DNA from: Faecousia sp.
Lineage (GTDB): Bacteria > Bacillota > Clostridia > Oscillospirales > Oscillospiraceae
Reading direction: 5' to 3'
NCBI GenBank assembly: GCA_045543895.1
Contig: JAZPXW010000146.1
Span: 1-39,193, forward strand
Length of the DNA stretch: 39,193 nt
Shown piece by piece: positions 1 through 9,129 of this stretch (position 1 is its first letter; each line of letters opens with the position of its first letter). The notes beneath the pieces were generated by a model, which saw only the letters and a program-made list of their open reading frames with translations, searched no databases and was not told the DNA's origin. The position numbers and the translations under genes are program-made.

Positions 1-4
1 TGCA

Positions 5-112
5 GTTTTGAAGGAAAGATTTTTTCTCACAAGAATATCCAGAGGACGAAGTAATACTGGATGTATTGCAAGGACGATGGATTTTTTGTGAGGAAAAAGA
101 TTCTTTCAAAAC
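5..112. repeat. Long imperfect inverted repeat (MITE-like or structured intergenic repeat), possibly cut by the window edge
   Basis: Nested pairings: gttttgaaggaa (5-16) with ttctttcaaaac (101-112); tttttctcacaaga (21-34) with ttttgtgaggaaaa (84-97); atcca (37-41) with tggat (78-82); gtaatac (51-57) with gtattgc (63-69). Confidence 0.55.
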
Positions 113-174
113 CGTACAAATCCCTATGTGAGCCCGCCTAAGGGCATCCCGTTTTTTACCGCGTATACAGGTTC

Positions 175-1557
175 TCAGTTTACATACTCTTCTAACGCAT
201 CTTGCTTAGTCTGGCGGATCTTCTTGGTCATAGAGACAGCGATGGGAATGGCCAGAGCTAAGGTCAGCAGGTCGGCCAGAGCCTGGACCGACGCCACGCC
301 GTAGGCACCGAACGCCCATGCCAGAGGATAAAGAATCGGCACAAAGCAGCTGCCCTGACGGGCAGTTGCCAGCAGGAACGCACCCTTTGCGTTGCCAAGT
401 CCCACACACAGCATATTCACGATGGCTACCCAAGCGTGGATGGGCAGCGCGATGCATTGGGTCACCATGCACAAAGCGCCCAGCTTGCGCATCTCCAGGT
501 CGGTGCCCGCAAACAGCACGATGATGGGGTCGGCAAACACCGCCAGGATCACCGCCATCACCACCGAGCCGATCAGCGCCACACGGGAGGAAAACCGATA
601 GCTCTCTTCCACCCGGTCATACCGCTTAGCGCCCCAGTTGAAGCCTGCCACCGGCTGGAAGCCATTGCCGAAGCCCAGAATAATGCCAAAGGGGAACATC
701 ATGATCTTGTTGGTCACACCGATACCTGCCAGTACAGAGTCGGAGATATTGCCTGCCAGATCGTTGAGCATAATACCGGTGACCACAGCCAGACCGCTGC
801 GGAACATGGAGGAAGATCCCATGCTGACCACCTTGGAAACGATGTCCCGGCTGGGATGGAAATTACGGATGGACAGCCGCAGCACGCTGCGGCGGGTAAT
901 GTAGGGGAACACCAGGATCGCAAAGCTGATCCACTTGGAAATGGCGGTAGCCAGGGATGCACCCGCCACGCCCATATCCAAATTGAAAATAAAGATGGGA
1001 TCCAGAATGCAGTTGATGACGCCGCCAATGCCCATGCCGATCATGCTGAGCGTAGCGCTGCCCTCAGACCGCAGGCATTGGTTCATAACAAAGTTACAGG
1101 CCATAAAGGGCGCTGCCATCAGCACATAGGTGGCATACTCCACGGAATATTCCTCGCAGGTGGGGGTCGCGCCCAGTAAGCGGACCATGGGAGTCATAAA
1201 CAGGATGCCAAACACCATCAGCAGCGTGCCCAGAGCCGCAGCTGAGAAAAATGAGGTGGACAGCACCTGGCTGGCCTTCTTTTGGTCGCCCTGACCCAGA
1301 AGCCGGGCAATATAGCTGTTGGCGCCCACCGCCAGCATAGAACCGCACATCATGATCAGCTGATCCAGCGATGCGTTAACGCTCACCGCAGCGGTGGCGT
1401 TGGTGCCCAGGGAGCTGACGAAATAGGTATCCGCCAGGCTGTAAATGGAGTTAATTAAAAATGCAATGATGGTAGGAACCGCCATTCTGGGGATGATCTT
1501 GTGGATCGGTTCGTTTGCCATCATCAACTGACGCTGATTGGGCTGCGGACTAGACAT
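175..1557 (-). CDS. MATE family efflux transporter
   Basis: 460 aa with about 12 hydrophobic segments. Typical MATE motifs: YSLADTYFVS, N.ILDPIFIF...GVAGASLAT, QPVAGFNWGAK. RBS-like aaggga upstream. Confidence 0.92.
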   Translation of the reverse strand: MSSPQPNQRQLMMANEPIHKIIPRMAVPTIIAFLINSIYSLADTYFVSSLGTNATAAVSVNASLDQLIMMCGSMLAVGANSYIARLLGQGDQKKASQVLSTSFFSAAALGTLLMVFGILFMTPMVRLLGATPTCEEYSVEYATYVLMAAPFMACNFVMNQCLRSEGSATLSMIGMGIGGVINCILDPIFIFNLDMGVAGASLATAISKWISFAILVFPYITRRSVLRLSIRNFHPSRDIVSKVVSMGSSSMFRSGLAVVTGIMLNDLAGNISDSVLAGIGVTNKIMMFPFGIILGFGNGFQPVAGFNWGAKRYDRVEESYRFSSRVALIGSVVMAVILAVFADPIIVLFAGTDLEMRKLGALCMVTQCIALPIHAWVAIVNMLCVGLGNAKGAFLLATARQGSCFVPILYPLAWAFGAYGVASVQALADLLTLALAIPIAVSMTKKIRQTKQDALEEYVN

Positions 1558-1683
1558 ATGCTTCCCTTCTATCTGTTAAAGTTGGTTTCATTATAGCACA
1601 TCATGCTGAAAATGGAAATATGCAATTCCTCCCAAAAAGCAAAGAGAAGTACTATTTAGGGACTCTGCGTTCGGTATCTAACC

Positions 1684-1712
1684 TTGACGATTTCTGCCCG
1701 ATAAACTATACT
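1684..1712 (+). promoter_or_regulatory. Sigma70-type promoter for the SGNH gene
   Basis: TTGACG (1684-1689), 17 bp spacer, TATACT (1707-1712). Confidence 0.6.
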
Positions 1713-1833
1713 GATAATACCTGTTTTTACCCATACGAATGGCTTTATGAGTTCCTCACCGTAACCTTTCTAATGCTTTCAAAACCATAAGAACTGTTAC
1801 ACACCCTAATATTTGCAAAAAGGAATCTTATTT

Positions 1834-4536
1834 ATGAATGCAGTTTTTATTAAGCGTCTGCTATGCGTGTTTCTGGTGCTGGTAACGCTGCTCAGCTTGA
1901 TGCCGGTAATGACATTTGCAAGTGAGCAGACCGACCAAAAGAAAACCTTTTCCATTTTAGGCGACTCCATTTCCACCTTTTCGAATCACTCCAATGGCAG
2001 CGCCGCAAGCACCACCAACTCGACCATCGCAGGCGGTGCGATCTACTATCCCCGAAGCGGCTTCGAGGTATCTGCTGCCAGCACCTGGTGGTACCAGGCC
2101 GCAGAAACTCTTGGATGGGATATCCTGGTGAATAACTCCTGGAGCGGCTCCTGTCTGCTGAAGGAGCGTTCCGGCACCGTTGGTGCCTATGTGGATCGCT
2201 GCGTCCAGCTCCACGACAACACCGGCAGCAACGCCGGACAGACGCCGGATGTGATTGCCATCTTTCTGGGCACCAACGACTATTACACCTACCCCAGCAC
2301 CTTGGGCAGCTTTGAGGCCATTGATTTCGCTCAGCTGATACAAAGCGGCGATTCGGGCGTCACTTATGCCCAGCCCACCACCAGTATGGAGGCCTATGCC
2401 ATCATCCTGCACAAGATCAGCAAGGCCTATCCCGACGCTGAGGTTTATTGCTTCACCTTGCTGCCCAGGGTTAATTCCAGCAACCAGCCCACCGCCTTCA
2501 ACGCCGATATCTGCCAGCTGGCAGAACATTTCGGTGTGCATACGGTAGACCTGCATAACTGCGGTATCTCCAGCGACAGCCAGGCATTTTATATGCTGAT
2601 GGGCGACAGCCTGCACCCGGATAATCCGGGCATGGACACCATCACCAACGCTTTCGTTTCTGCTGTGCGGAAAAACAGCAGCCTTGCCACTTACGATGTT
2701 ACCTTCCAGCTGAAGGATGTGGTGGCGCTTGAGGGAACGACCAGATCCATCGTTTCCGGCGAACCCTTTGAAGCCACCTTGTCGCCTCTGGATGCCTCCC
2801 TGCCCCTGGAAGTTTCTGTGACTATGAACGGTGCAGACATCACCGGCAGCTGCCTTAACGGAAATCGGGTGCGCATTTCCAAGGTCACCGGAAATGTGGT
2901 CATTACCGCCAAGCCCGGTCAGCGGGACCCTCTGAGCTTCCGTTGGGAGACCCAGGGCGATGCGCTGGTCAGCGTCAATACCGATGGTAACACGAAAAAT
3001 GACCTGACGATGACCCACGGCACCATTACCAATGGGGTGTATTCCAGAACCCGCTTTACCATGAGTCAGGGCATCCGCCTGAGGCACGACCTGCCCTGGG
3101 CGGTGGAATGGGAAAGCTCCGGCACCTGGGCAGATACCACCGACGGTGCGCTGCTGTTTGCCAAGTCCAATTCCAGCTCAACGACGGACGCTTATTATTT
3201 CTACCGCAGGCATAATAACGATTTCTTTGCCTTTGGCTCTTACACCGCCGGAAATTACCACAATTACGGTGTATCCTTTGCAGGCACCGGCATCGACACC
3301 ACCTTGAACCATACCTTCCGCATGGAAAACCGCATCAACACTGACGGCAGCAATATGATCTACCTGTATGTGGACGATGTGGAAGTGGGTCCTATGAATT
3401 CCCACTATATTGGTGGAACAGACAAAAAGGAGACCTCTGACTGGGTCAGCGGCAAAGACTTCACTTTCTCCTACCTTGGCACCAGTCCCCATACCATCGG
3501 CGGCTGCAGCATCGGCTATATCCAGGTTTGGGAGAACGGCAAAACCCATTACCACAGCTACATTGCCACGGTAACCAAGCCCACCTACACCGAGGGCGGC
3601 TACACTACCTACACCTGCGCCGGCTGCGGCGACAGCTATGTGGCAGACCGTACCGATCCCATTGCGCTGCACAGCTATTGCTGGGAGACCAGGGATGACG
3701 CTCTGGTCAGCATTCCCACCGGTAGCAATACCGAAAACACCCTCACCATGACCGCCGGCAGCATCACGGGTGGCTTGTATCAAAGAACCCAGTTTGCCCT
3801 GCAGAAGGCCATCCGCCTGTACCACGATCAGCCCTGGGCAGTGGAGTGGAAAAGCTCCGGCACCTGGACGGACAACGCCGACGGTGCGCTGCTCTTTGCC
3901 GAGGCCAACACCAGCACCGCGCCCGATACCTGCTATTTCTACCGCAGGCACAAAAACGATTTCTTTGCCTTTGGCACCCGCACCGCCGGAAACTACCATA
4001 ATTACGGTGTTTCCTTTGCCGGCACAGGCATCGACACCACAGCAGAGCATATATTTCGCCTGGAAAACTGTGTCCACACCGACGGAAGCAATATGATCTA
4101 CCTGTATGTGGATGATGTGGAAGTTGGCCCTATGAACACCTATTTTATTGGCGGAACCAACCAGGGTAAGACCTCTGATTGGGTCAGCTGCAAGGATTTT
4201 TCTTTCTCATATCTGGGTACAAGCCTGCACACTATCGGCGGCTGCTTCATTGAATATATCCGGGTGTGGGAAATGGGTCATACCCACGGCTATCAAGGCG
4301 GCCTTTGCAGTGCCTGCGGACACAGACTCTATTTTGCCGGCGATATGAACGGCGATGGTACTGTGAACTATCACGATGCCGTATACCTGCTGCTGCACAC
4401 CTTGTTTGGGGCAGAAGAGTATCCCTTAGGTGCTGCTCCGGCAGATTTGGACGGCAGTGGAACCGTGGAGCAGGACGATGCCGTTTACCTGCTGCTGCAC
4501 ACCCTGTTTGGCGAGCGCTTTTACCCCATTGCTTAA
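1834..4536 (+). CDS. Secreted SGNH/GDSL-family hydrolase with a duplicated beta-rich domain and a C-terminal dockerin-like module
   Basis: ATG at 1834 after AAGGA. Signal peptide (KR, hydrophobic core, TFA). SGNH blocks GDSIS, SWSGS, GTND and DSLHP. Two ~200-aa internal repeats. C-terminal paired Ca-binding loops GDMNGDGTVNYHDAVYLL and ADLDGSGTVEQDDAVYLL. Confidence 0.8.
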   Translation: MNAVFIKRLLCVFLVLVTLLSLMPVMTFASEQTDQKKTFSILGDSISTFSNHSNGSAASTTNSTIAGGAIYYPRSGFEVSAASTWWYQAAETLGWDILVNNSWSGSCLLKERSGTVGAYVDRCVQLHDNTGSNAGQTPDVIAIFLGTNDYYTYPSTLGSFEAIDFAQLIQSGDSGVTYAQPTTSMEAYAIILHKISKAYPDAEVYCFTLLPRVNSSNQPTAFNADICQLAEHFGVHTVDLHNCGISSDSQAFYMLMGDSLHPDNPGMDTITNAFVSAVRKNSSLATYDVTFQLKDVVALEGTTRSIVSGEPFEATLSPLDASLPLEVSVTMNGADITGSCLNGNRVRISKVTGNVVITAKPGQRDPLSFRWETQGDALVSVNTDGNTKNDLTMTHGTITNGVYSRTRFTMSQGIRLRHDLPWAVEWESSGTWADTTDGALLFAKSNSSSTTDAYYFYRRHNNDFFAFGSYTAGNYHNYGVSFAGTGIDTTLNHTFRMENRINTDGSNMIYLYVDDVEVGPMNSHYIGGTDKKETSDWVSGKDFTFSYLGTSPHTIGGCSIGYIQVWENGKTHYHSYIATVTKPTYTEGGYTTYTCAGCGDSYVADRTDPIALHSYCWETRDDALVSIPTGSNTENTLTMTAGSITGGLYQRTQFALQKAIRLYHDQPWAVEWKSSGTWTDNADGALLFAEANTSTAPDTCYFYRRHKNDFFAFGTRTAGNYHNYGVSFAGTGIDTTAEHIFRLENCVHTDGSNMIYLYVDDVEVGPMNTYFIGGTNQGKTSDWVSCKDFSFSYLGTSLHTIGGCFIEYIRVWEMGHTHGYQGGLCSACGHRLYFAGDMNGDGTVNYHDAVYLLLHTLFGAEEYPLGAAPADLDGSGTVEQDDAVYLLLHTLFGERFYPIA
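2935..4278 (+). repeat. Intragenic direct repeat: two ~600-bp copies (2935-3540 and 3673-4278), offset 738 bp
   Basis: Matching segments such as WETQGDALVS/WETRDDALVS, DGALLFA, FYRRH.NDFFAFG, GNYHNYGVSFAGTGIDTT and DGSNMIYLYVDDVEVGPMN, with long identical nucleotide runs. Confidence 0.9.
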
Positions 4537-4560
4537 ACATCAACCCTCCTCACGGCAAAA

Positions 4561-4589
4561 AAAAGCAGCAGTCGCAAGACTGCTGCTTT
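4561..4589. terminator. Bidirectional intrinsic terminator between convergent genes
   Basis: Hairpin aaagcagcagtc-gcaa-gactgctgcttt, preceded by an A run. Confidence 0.8.
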
Positions 4590-4595
4590 CATAGT

Positions 4596-4823
4596 TTACA
4601 CCGGGGTGAAGATAAATTTCTGAATCAAGCCGTCGCAGTCGGCATACACGGTGACTACACCGCTGCTTTCCCGCTCTGCTGACACCGTCACCGCGTTACC
4701 CTTGAGCATTTGCCGCACATATTCCGCCGGATCTTCGGTCTCCACTTCTTCAAAGAAAATGTCCCGCATCTGATTGTTGGGGCAAAGATTTTTAATTTCT
4801 CTTACCATTTCATACTCTCTCAT
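4596..4823 (-). CDS. Small hypothetical protein (~75 aa)
   Basis: ATG at 4823 downstream of GAGGTG, directly after the hydrolase stop codon. Protein-like composition (MREYEMVREIKNLCPNNQMRDIFFEE...). Confidence 0.7.
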   Translation of the reverse strand: MREYEMVREIKNLCPNNQMRDIFFEEVETEDPAEYVRQMLKGNAVTVSAERESSGVVTVYADCDGLIQKFIFTPV

Positions 4824-4828
4824 TGGGG

Positions 4829-5752
4829 TCACACCTCTCGAAAGAAATCCCGTACTGCCTGCAGATACCGCTCCGGCTGCACGAAGTAAGATAGCCCGTG
4901 TCCCGCGCCTGGTACAGTAACCAATTCTTTTTTCGCGCTGCAGGCCTCAAAGTTTCGGCGGCTCATATCGCAGGGGACAAAATCGTCGCTCTCCCCGTGA
5001 AACAGGATCACCGGCACCTGGCAGCGGGACATGGCCTCCAGGGGCGAATCCTCCTCCAGGTCGAAGCCTGCAAACAGCCTTGCCCCCAGGCGCACAAAGG
5101 GGTAGCACAGCTTCGGCGGCAGCTTCATCTGGCGGATCACCTTGCAGATGATCTCTTTGGGAGAGGTGTAGCCGCAATCTGCCAGCACGCCCACCACGCT
5201 GGACGGCAGCGGCCTTCCTGCCGCCATCAGCACCGTTGCCGCACCCATGGACATACCGCAAAGGATCAGCTTCCGCTGCGTTCCAAACCGCTGCTGCACA
5301 TAATCGATCCAGCTGAGGCAATCCTTGCTTTCGTTGATACCAAAGGTGATCTTATTGCCCTCGCTGGCGCCGCAGGCCCGCTGATCCACCAGCAGCGCGC
5401 TGTGTCCTACCAGGTGGCACCGCAGCACACCGCCGGACATATCCTGCTCCGAGGTTCCCCGGTAGCCGTGAAACAGCAGCTCAATGGGCGCATCCGGAGC
5501 ATACTCATAGAATCTTCCCCGGAGCTTCAGGCCATCGAAAGAGGTGATCTCCACGTCCTCGTGGGGCATTTCCCGGATCTGGCGGATCCAGCTCTTGATC
5601 TGTTCCCGGCAAGGCTCATAGATCTTGCCCTTGGGCAGCGGATACTCCTCCTGCGGCACACTCCGGTCGGCATAGAAAGCCATGCGGTAGCACCAGTAGA
5701 CAGCCAGCAAAAGCACCGCCAAAATCCCGGCAGCCAATATTCCATAGATCAT
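4829..5752 (-). CDS. Membrane-anchored alpha/beta hydrolase
   Basis: ATG at 5752 with a GGAGG RBS. N-terminal TM helix, HGY oxyanion motif, nucleophile motif GMSMG, HGESDDFVP (Asp) and GAGHG (His). Confidence 0.88.
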   Translation of the reverse strand: MIYGILAAGILAVLLLAVYWCYRMAFYADRSVPQEEYPLPKGKIYEPCREQIKSWIRQIREMPHEDVEITSFDGLKLRGRFYEYAPDAPIELLFHGYRGTSEQDMSGGVLRCHLVGHSALLVDQRACGASEGNKITFGINESKDCLSWIDYVQQRFGTQRKLILCGMSMGAATVLMAAGRPLPSSVVGVLADCGYTSPKEIICKVIRQMKLPPKLCYPFVRLGARLFAGFDLEEDSPLEAMSRCQVPVILFHGESDDFVPCDMSRRNFEACSAKKELVTVPGAGHGLSYFVQPERYLQAVRDFFREV

Positions 5753-5809
5753 ATGGTTCCTCCCATGCTCAAATCCTGTGTAAAAGCCACGCAGCATATT
5801 GCTGCGCGG

Positions 5810-6799
5810 CTATTTTTCCGTAGGGGCGGGCAGCTTGCTTCTGCGGCGACGGCGGCGACCCGAACTCTTGCGCTCCTCGGGGTCGGCCTTTTCCGCTCTG
5901 CGGGCATAGGCCTCCGCAGCATCCGAGGTGGCTTCGTAGGTGAGCCTGCTGACGCGCACCAGACCGTCGGGCTGATCGGACAGCCGCACCCGGATCAAAA
6001 ACTTACCGTGCTCCGGGCAAGTAGCCAGGTCCATATACCGGCGGCCCGGCTGGGCAAACCAACGGGAGCCCAGCATCTGCCTGTCGCACAGGGGGCATTT
6101 GTTATCCTTGCCGGCCATAGCGCTGAGGGCCGCGGCCTTATCCGCAAAATCGTGAAACACCTTGCGGTCTATGCAGCCGGGCAGTTCTGCCCCGTGGAAG
6201 CCGTTCTCGTGGTTTTTCAGCGCCTGACCGTATTCCTCTGTTCCCCGTTTCAGATCCAGTCTGGCGCAGATCAGCGCCGTGTGGTAGGCATCGCCCAACG
6301 CATCGTGGGCAGGACGGGACGGGGTGATCTCAAAGATCTCCAGCGCGGTCTTCAGCGCCTTTTGAGCATTGGAGCCGTCGGTCTGGGCATTGAAGATCAT
6401 CTGAGCATTGTACCATTTATTCGTCCAGTTTTCATCCAGGCCGTAAAGCCGGAGATTCTCCCGGAGGATGGTGATGTCGTCAAAGCCCCATGTAAGGAAC
6501 ACGATATCCTCGCCGCACCAGGCGCGGAATTGCTCCATCGCCTCGGGATAGGGAATGCCCTGCTCCTTGAGCTGGGATTCCTTGATGCCCGTCAATTTGC
6601 TGACCCGGCGATTTAAGCGCCGGTAGACCTTAGGCTTTATTAAAACCTGGAATTCATCCGCCACCTGCTGATCCTCGGTGATCCGCACCGCGCCGATCTG
6701 GATGATCTCACCGCGGATCTGCACCGGCAGCACCTTTTTGGCCGAAGGAGATCCCGGCCAGGGCTGATTCCATTCCATATCCAATACGATATAATCCAT
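5810..6799 (-). CDS. DEDDh 3'-5' exonuclease domain protein with a C-terminal Cys/His (possible Zn-ribbon) region
   Basis: Motifs LDMEWN (ExoI), EIIQIGAV, LTGI, WGFDD (ExoII) and HDALGDA (ExoIII). C-terminal CPLC...CPEH and an Arg-rich tail. Confidence 0.85.
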   Translation of the reverse strand: MDYIVLDMEWNQPWPGSPSAKKVLPVQIRGEIIQIGAVRITEDQQVADEFQVLIKPKVYRRLNRRVSKLTGIKESQLKEQGIPYPEAMEQFRAWCGEDIVFLTWGFDDITILRENLRLYGLDENWTNKWYNAQMIFNAQTDGSNAQKALKTALEIFEITPSRPAHDALGDAYHTALICARLDLKRGTEEYGQALKNHENGFHGAELPGCIDRKVFHDFADKAAALSAMAGKDNKCPLCDRQMLGSRWFAQPGRRYMDLATCPEHGKFLIRVRLSDQPDGLVRVSRLTYEATSDAAEAYARRAEKADPEERKSSGRRRRRRSKLPAPTEK

Positions 6800-7016
6800 T
6801 TTTGAAACCTCTGTTCCATATTATCCTAGTGTATATCATATCACATAAAGCTATCCTCTGTAAACAGCAAGTTGCGGCTTTTCTTGGCTTTTTCCACAAG
6901 AGTTCCGGTTGTCCCGGAAAGTTTCTCGGTCATAATAGAAAATTTACATTTTGACTCTTTATTTATCACTATTGTGTGATATAATCAAAAAAAATTCTAA
7001 AAATGGAGGCATTTCC

Positions 7017-7847
7017 ATGACATACAAAAAAGTCCTCACCATACAAGATATCTCCTGCGTAGGTCAGTGCTCCCTGACCGTAGCGCTGCCCATTTTGTCC
7101 GCCTGCGGCCTGGAGACCTGCGTTCTGCCCTCTGCCGTACTCTCCACACATACCGCCGGTTTCAGCGGCTATACCTTCCGGGATCTGACCGAGGATATGC
7201 CCGACATTAAGGCGCACTGGCTGAAAGAAGGCATCCGGTTCGATGCCATCTACACCGGTTACCTGGGAAGCACCCGGCAGATCGACTATGTGGCGGATAT
7301 TTTTGCCGATACCTCCGCAGACGGCTGCGTGAAGATCGTGGATCCCGCTATGGCCGATAACGGAAAGCTGTATCCCGCCTTTGATGATACCTATGTAGAG
7401 GGTATGAAGGGTCTGTGCGCCAAGGCAGACTATGTACTGCCCAACATCACCGAGGCCTGCTTCCTGGGCGGCGTGGAATACCGGACAGACTACGACCGGG
7501 CATACATCGACCTGCTGCTGGAGAAACTGACTGCCATCGGCTGCAAGAACATCATTCTCACCGGCGTTTCCTATGCGCCCGGCAGAACCGGCATCGTGGT
7601 GTTTGAAAACGGCAATTATGCTTACTACGAGCACGAGCTGCTGCCGAATAGCTGCCACGGCACCGGCGATATCTACGCCTCTGCCTTTGTGGGTGCCTTT
7701 GTCCGGGGCAAGAGTGCCTATGATGCCGCAGCCATTGCCGGAAACTACACCATGGATTGCATCCGCTATACCGCCACTTTGGACAATCACTGGTACGGCG
7801 CAGCCTTCGAGCCGGTGCTTGGTAAGCTGATCGAAGCATTACAATGA
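7017..7847 (+). CDS. pdxK: Pyridoxal/pyridoxamine kinase
   Basis: ATG at 7017 after GGAGG. Motifs QDISCVGQCSL, LSTHT, YTGYLGS, VDPAMADNG, PNITEA and HGTGDIYAS. Extended -10 TGaTATAAT at 6977-6985. Confidence 0.88.
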   Translation: MTYKKVLTIQDISCVGQCSLTVALPILSACGLETCVLPSAVLSTHTAGFSGYTFRDLTEDMPDIKAHWLKEGIRFDAIYTGYLGSTRQIDYVADIFADTSADGCVKIVDPAMADNGKLYPAFDDTYVEGMKGLCAKADYVLPNITEACFLGGVEYRTDYDRAYIDLLLEKLTAIGCKNIILTGVSYAPGRTGIVVFENGNYAYYEHELLPNSCHGTGDIYASAFVGAFVRGKSAYDAAAIAGNYTMDCIRYTATLDNHWYGAAFEPVLGKLIEALQ

Positions 7848-7849
7848 TT

Positions 7850-7980
7850 TGTAGGGCGGGTGTTGCAGAGCGCAGCGAATCTTCTAATATAATGCCTGCC
7901 GGTGGCAGGCATACCACAATTCATTTTGGTCCCGCCGCCACAGGTCTGCACATACGGCGGGAGTAAACCCCCGCCCTACA
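7850..7980. repeat. GTAG-type REP pair (REPIN-like) with an internal palindromic insert
   Basis: Terminal inverted repeat TGTAGGGCGGG (7850-7860) / CCCGCCCTACA (7970-7980). On the minus strand the right unit reads GTAG-GGCGGGGG-TTTA-CTCCCGCC. Internal palindrome ATGCCTGCC-GGT-GGCAGGCAT (7892-7912). Confidence 0.7.
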
Positions 7981-8030
7981 TCCATAACAGCAACAGGTGC
8001 GCTGCATTATTTAAGCAGCGCACCCGTTTT

Positions 8031-8939
8031 TTATCGGTAATGCTTGTGGGAAGTGATGTATTGGGGCATGGTCTTTCTGTCGGACAGCTTTCGGTTTTGC
8101 AGCTCACGGAAATGCTCCTCCAGAGTGCCGTGGCTCTGGGGCTCCAGGTAATAAGTCGATTCCTCCGCTTTCTCAAAAGAGCTGTACATACCTCCGCACA
8201 GGCCACTGTGATCGGTACCGCCAGAGATAAACAGTTCTTTTTCATAGGCGATTTCCAGGGCCTTCCGCTGCTCCTGGGGTGTCAGATCCGGGTGGTACAC
8301 CTCAATGCCCTGGAGTCCGTAAGAGATCAGCTCCTCTACCCTGTCCAGCTGCCCGTGGGGATGGGCCAGGATAGCAATGCCCCCGGCTCTGCGGATCAGG
8401 CCGATCATATCCTTGGGGACAAGGAAACCGTGCAGCTGTGTTACCTGCCTGCGCTGCTCATAAAAGTGGGTCACATAGAAATCGTAATAATCCCGGTCGG
8501 TGAGCAGTCCCTTGCTCTTCAGCGTTTGGAACACGTGCTCGTTGCACAGCCAGGAAATGCCCCGGTTGTGCTCCACCACATCTTCCCAGGTGATTCCGGT
8601 GAGCGCGCCCTTAGCCTGGGCCCAACTTAGCACCGTCCTGGTTTCGTGCTGCTGCCGCTGCACCATTTTTTCTAAGTATGTCTTCATCTCCGGGTATTCC
8701 GGGTCAAAGTCCAGGGCGACGATATGAAACGGACCGGAGGTAAACTCCGCGCCGAAGATACATTCCATACCCAACTCCCGGCAGCAGGCCGCCACCTCGG
8801 GGTTAGCTGTGATGGTATCGTGGTCGGTGACCGCCAGAGCACGGTAGCCTTCCTCCCAGGCAACGCGCACCAGCTCCCTTGGGCTGAATTTTCCATCGGA
8901 ATGAATGCTGTGGGTATGCAGATTGGCATAGGGTTTCAT
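8031..8939 (-). CDS. PHP domain metal-dependent phosphoesterase
   Basis: ATG at 8939 after GGAGGG. Motifs LHTHSIHSDG, AVTDHD, GAEF, LAHP and GGTDH. Confidence 0.9.
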   Translation of the reverse strand: MKPYANLHTHSIHSDGKFSPRELVRVAWEEGYRALAVTDHDTITANPEVAACCRELGMECIFGAEFTSGPFHIVALDFDPEYPEMKTYLEKMVQRQQHETRTVLSWAQAKGALTGITWEDVVEHNRGISWLCNEHVFQTLKSKGLLTDRDYYDFYVTHFYEQRRQVTQLHGFLVPKDMIGLIRRAGGIAILAHPHGQLDRVEELISYGLQGIEVYHPDLTPQEQRKALEIAYEKELFISGGTDHSGLCGGMYSSFEKAEESTYYLEPQSHGTLEEHFRELQNRKLSDRKTMPQYITSHKHYR

Positions 8940-9023
8940 GGTATTCCCTCCCGGTTTTCTCATAAAGAAGTGTAGCCCATTTTGCGCGGTTTGTCAAACA
9001 GTTGCGCATACCGGCAAAGGAAT

Positions 9024-9051
9024 TTGCATTTTGGAAATTTTGTGGTATAAT
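9024..9051 (+). promoter_or_regulatory. Sigma70-type promoter for trkAH
   Basis: TTGCAT (9024-9029), 16 bp spacer, TATAAT (9046-9051) with an extended TG. Confidence 0.65.
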
Positions 9052-9129
9052 AGAAAATACTTATTTTGCAAAACCGTATCTACAGCGGGTATTTTTCCGC
9101 GAATCTTACACCGATTGGATGTGCAAATT

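Noticed and set aside
2935-4278. Diversity-generating retroelement template/variable repeat pair
   Set aside because: Both copies are in-frame domains of one protein, the differences are not restricted to adenines, and no reverse transcriptase is present.
4898-6616. 572-aa plus-strand ORF, and similar long antisense ORFs over mal, glmE, glmL, trkA and xpt/pbuX
   Set aside because: They overlap well-supported genes on the opposite strand and show no domain motifs. Such ORFs are expected in GC-rich, codon-biased DNA.
9052-9129. c-di-AMP (ydaO) riboswitch upstream of trkA
   Set aside because: The leader is too short (about 75 nt) and lacks the conserved motifs.
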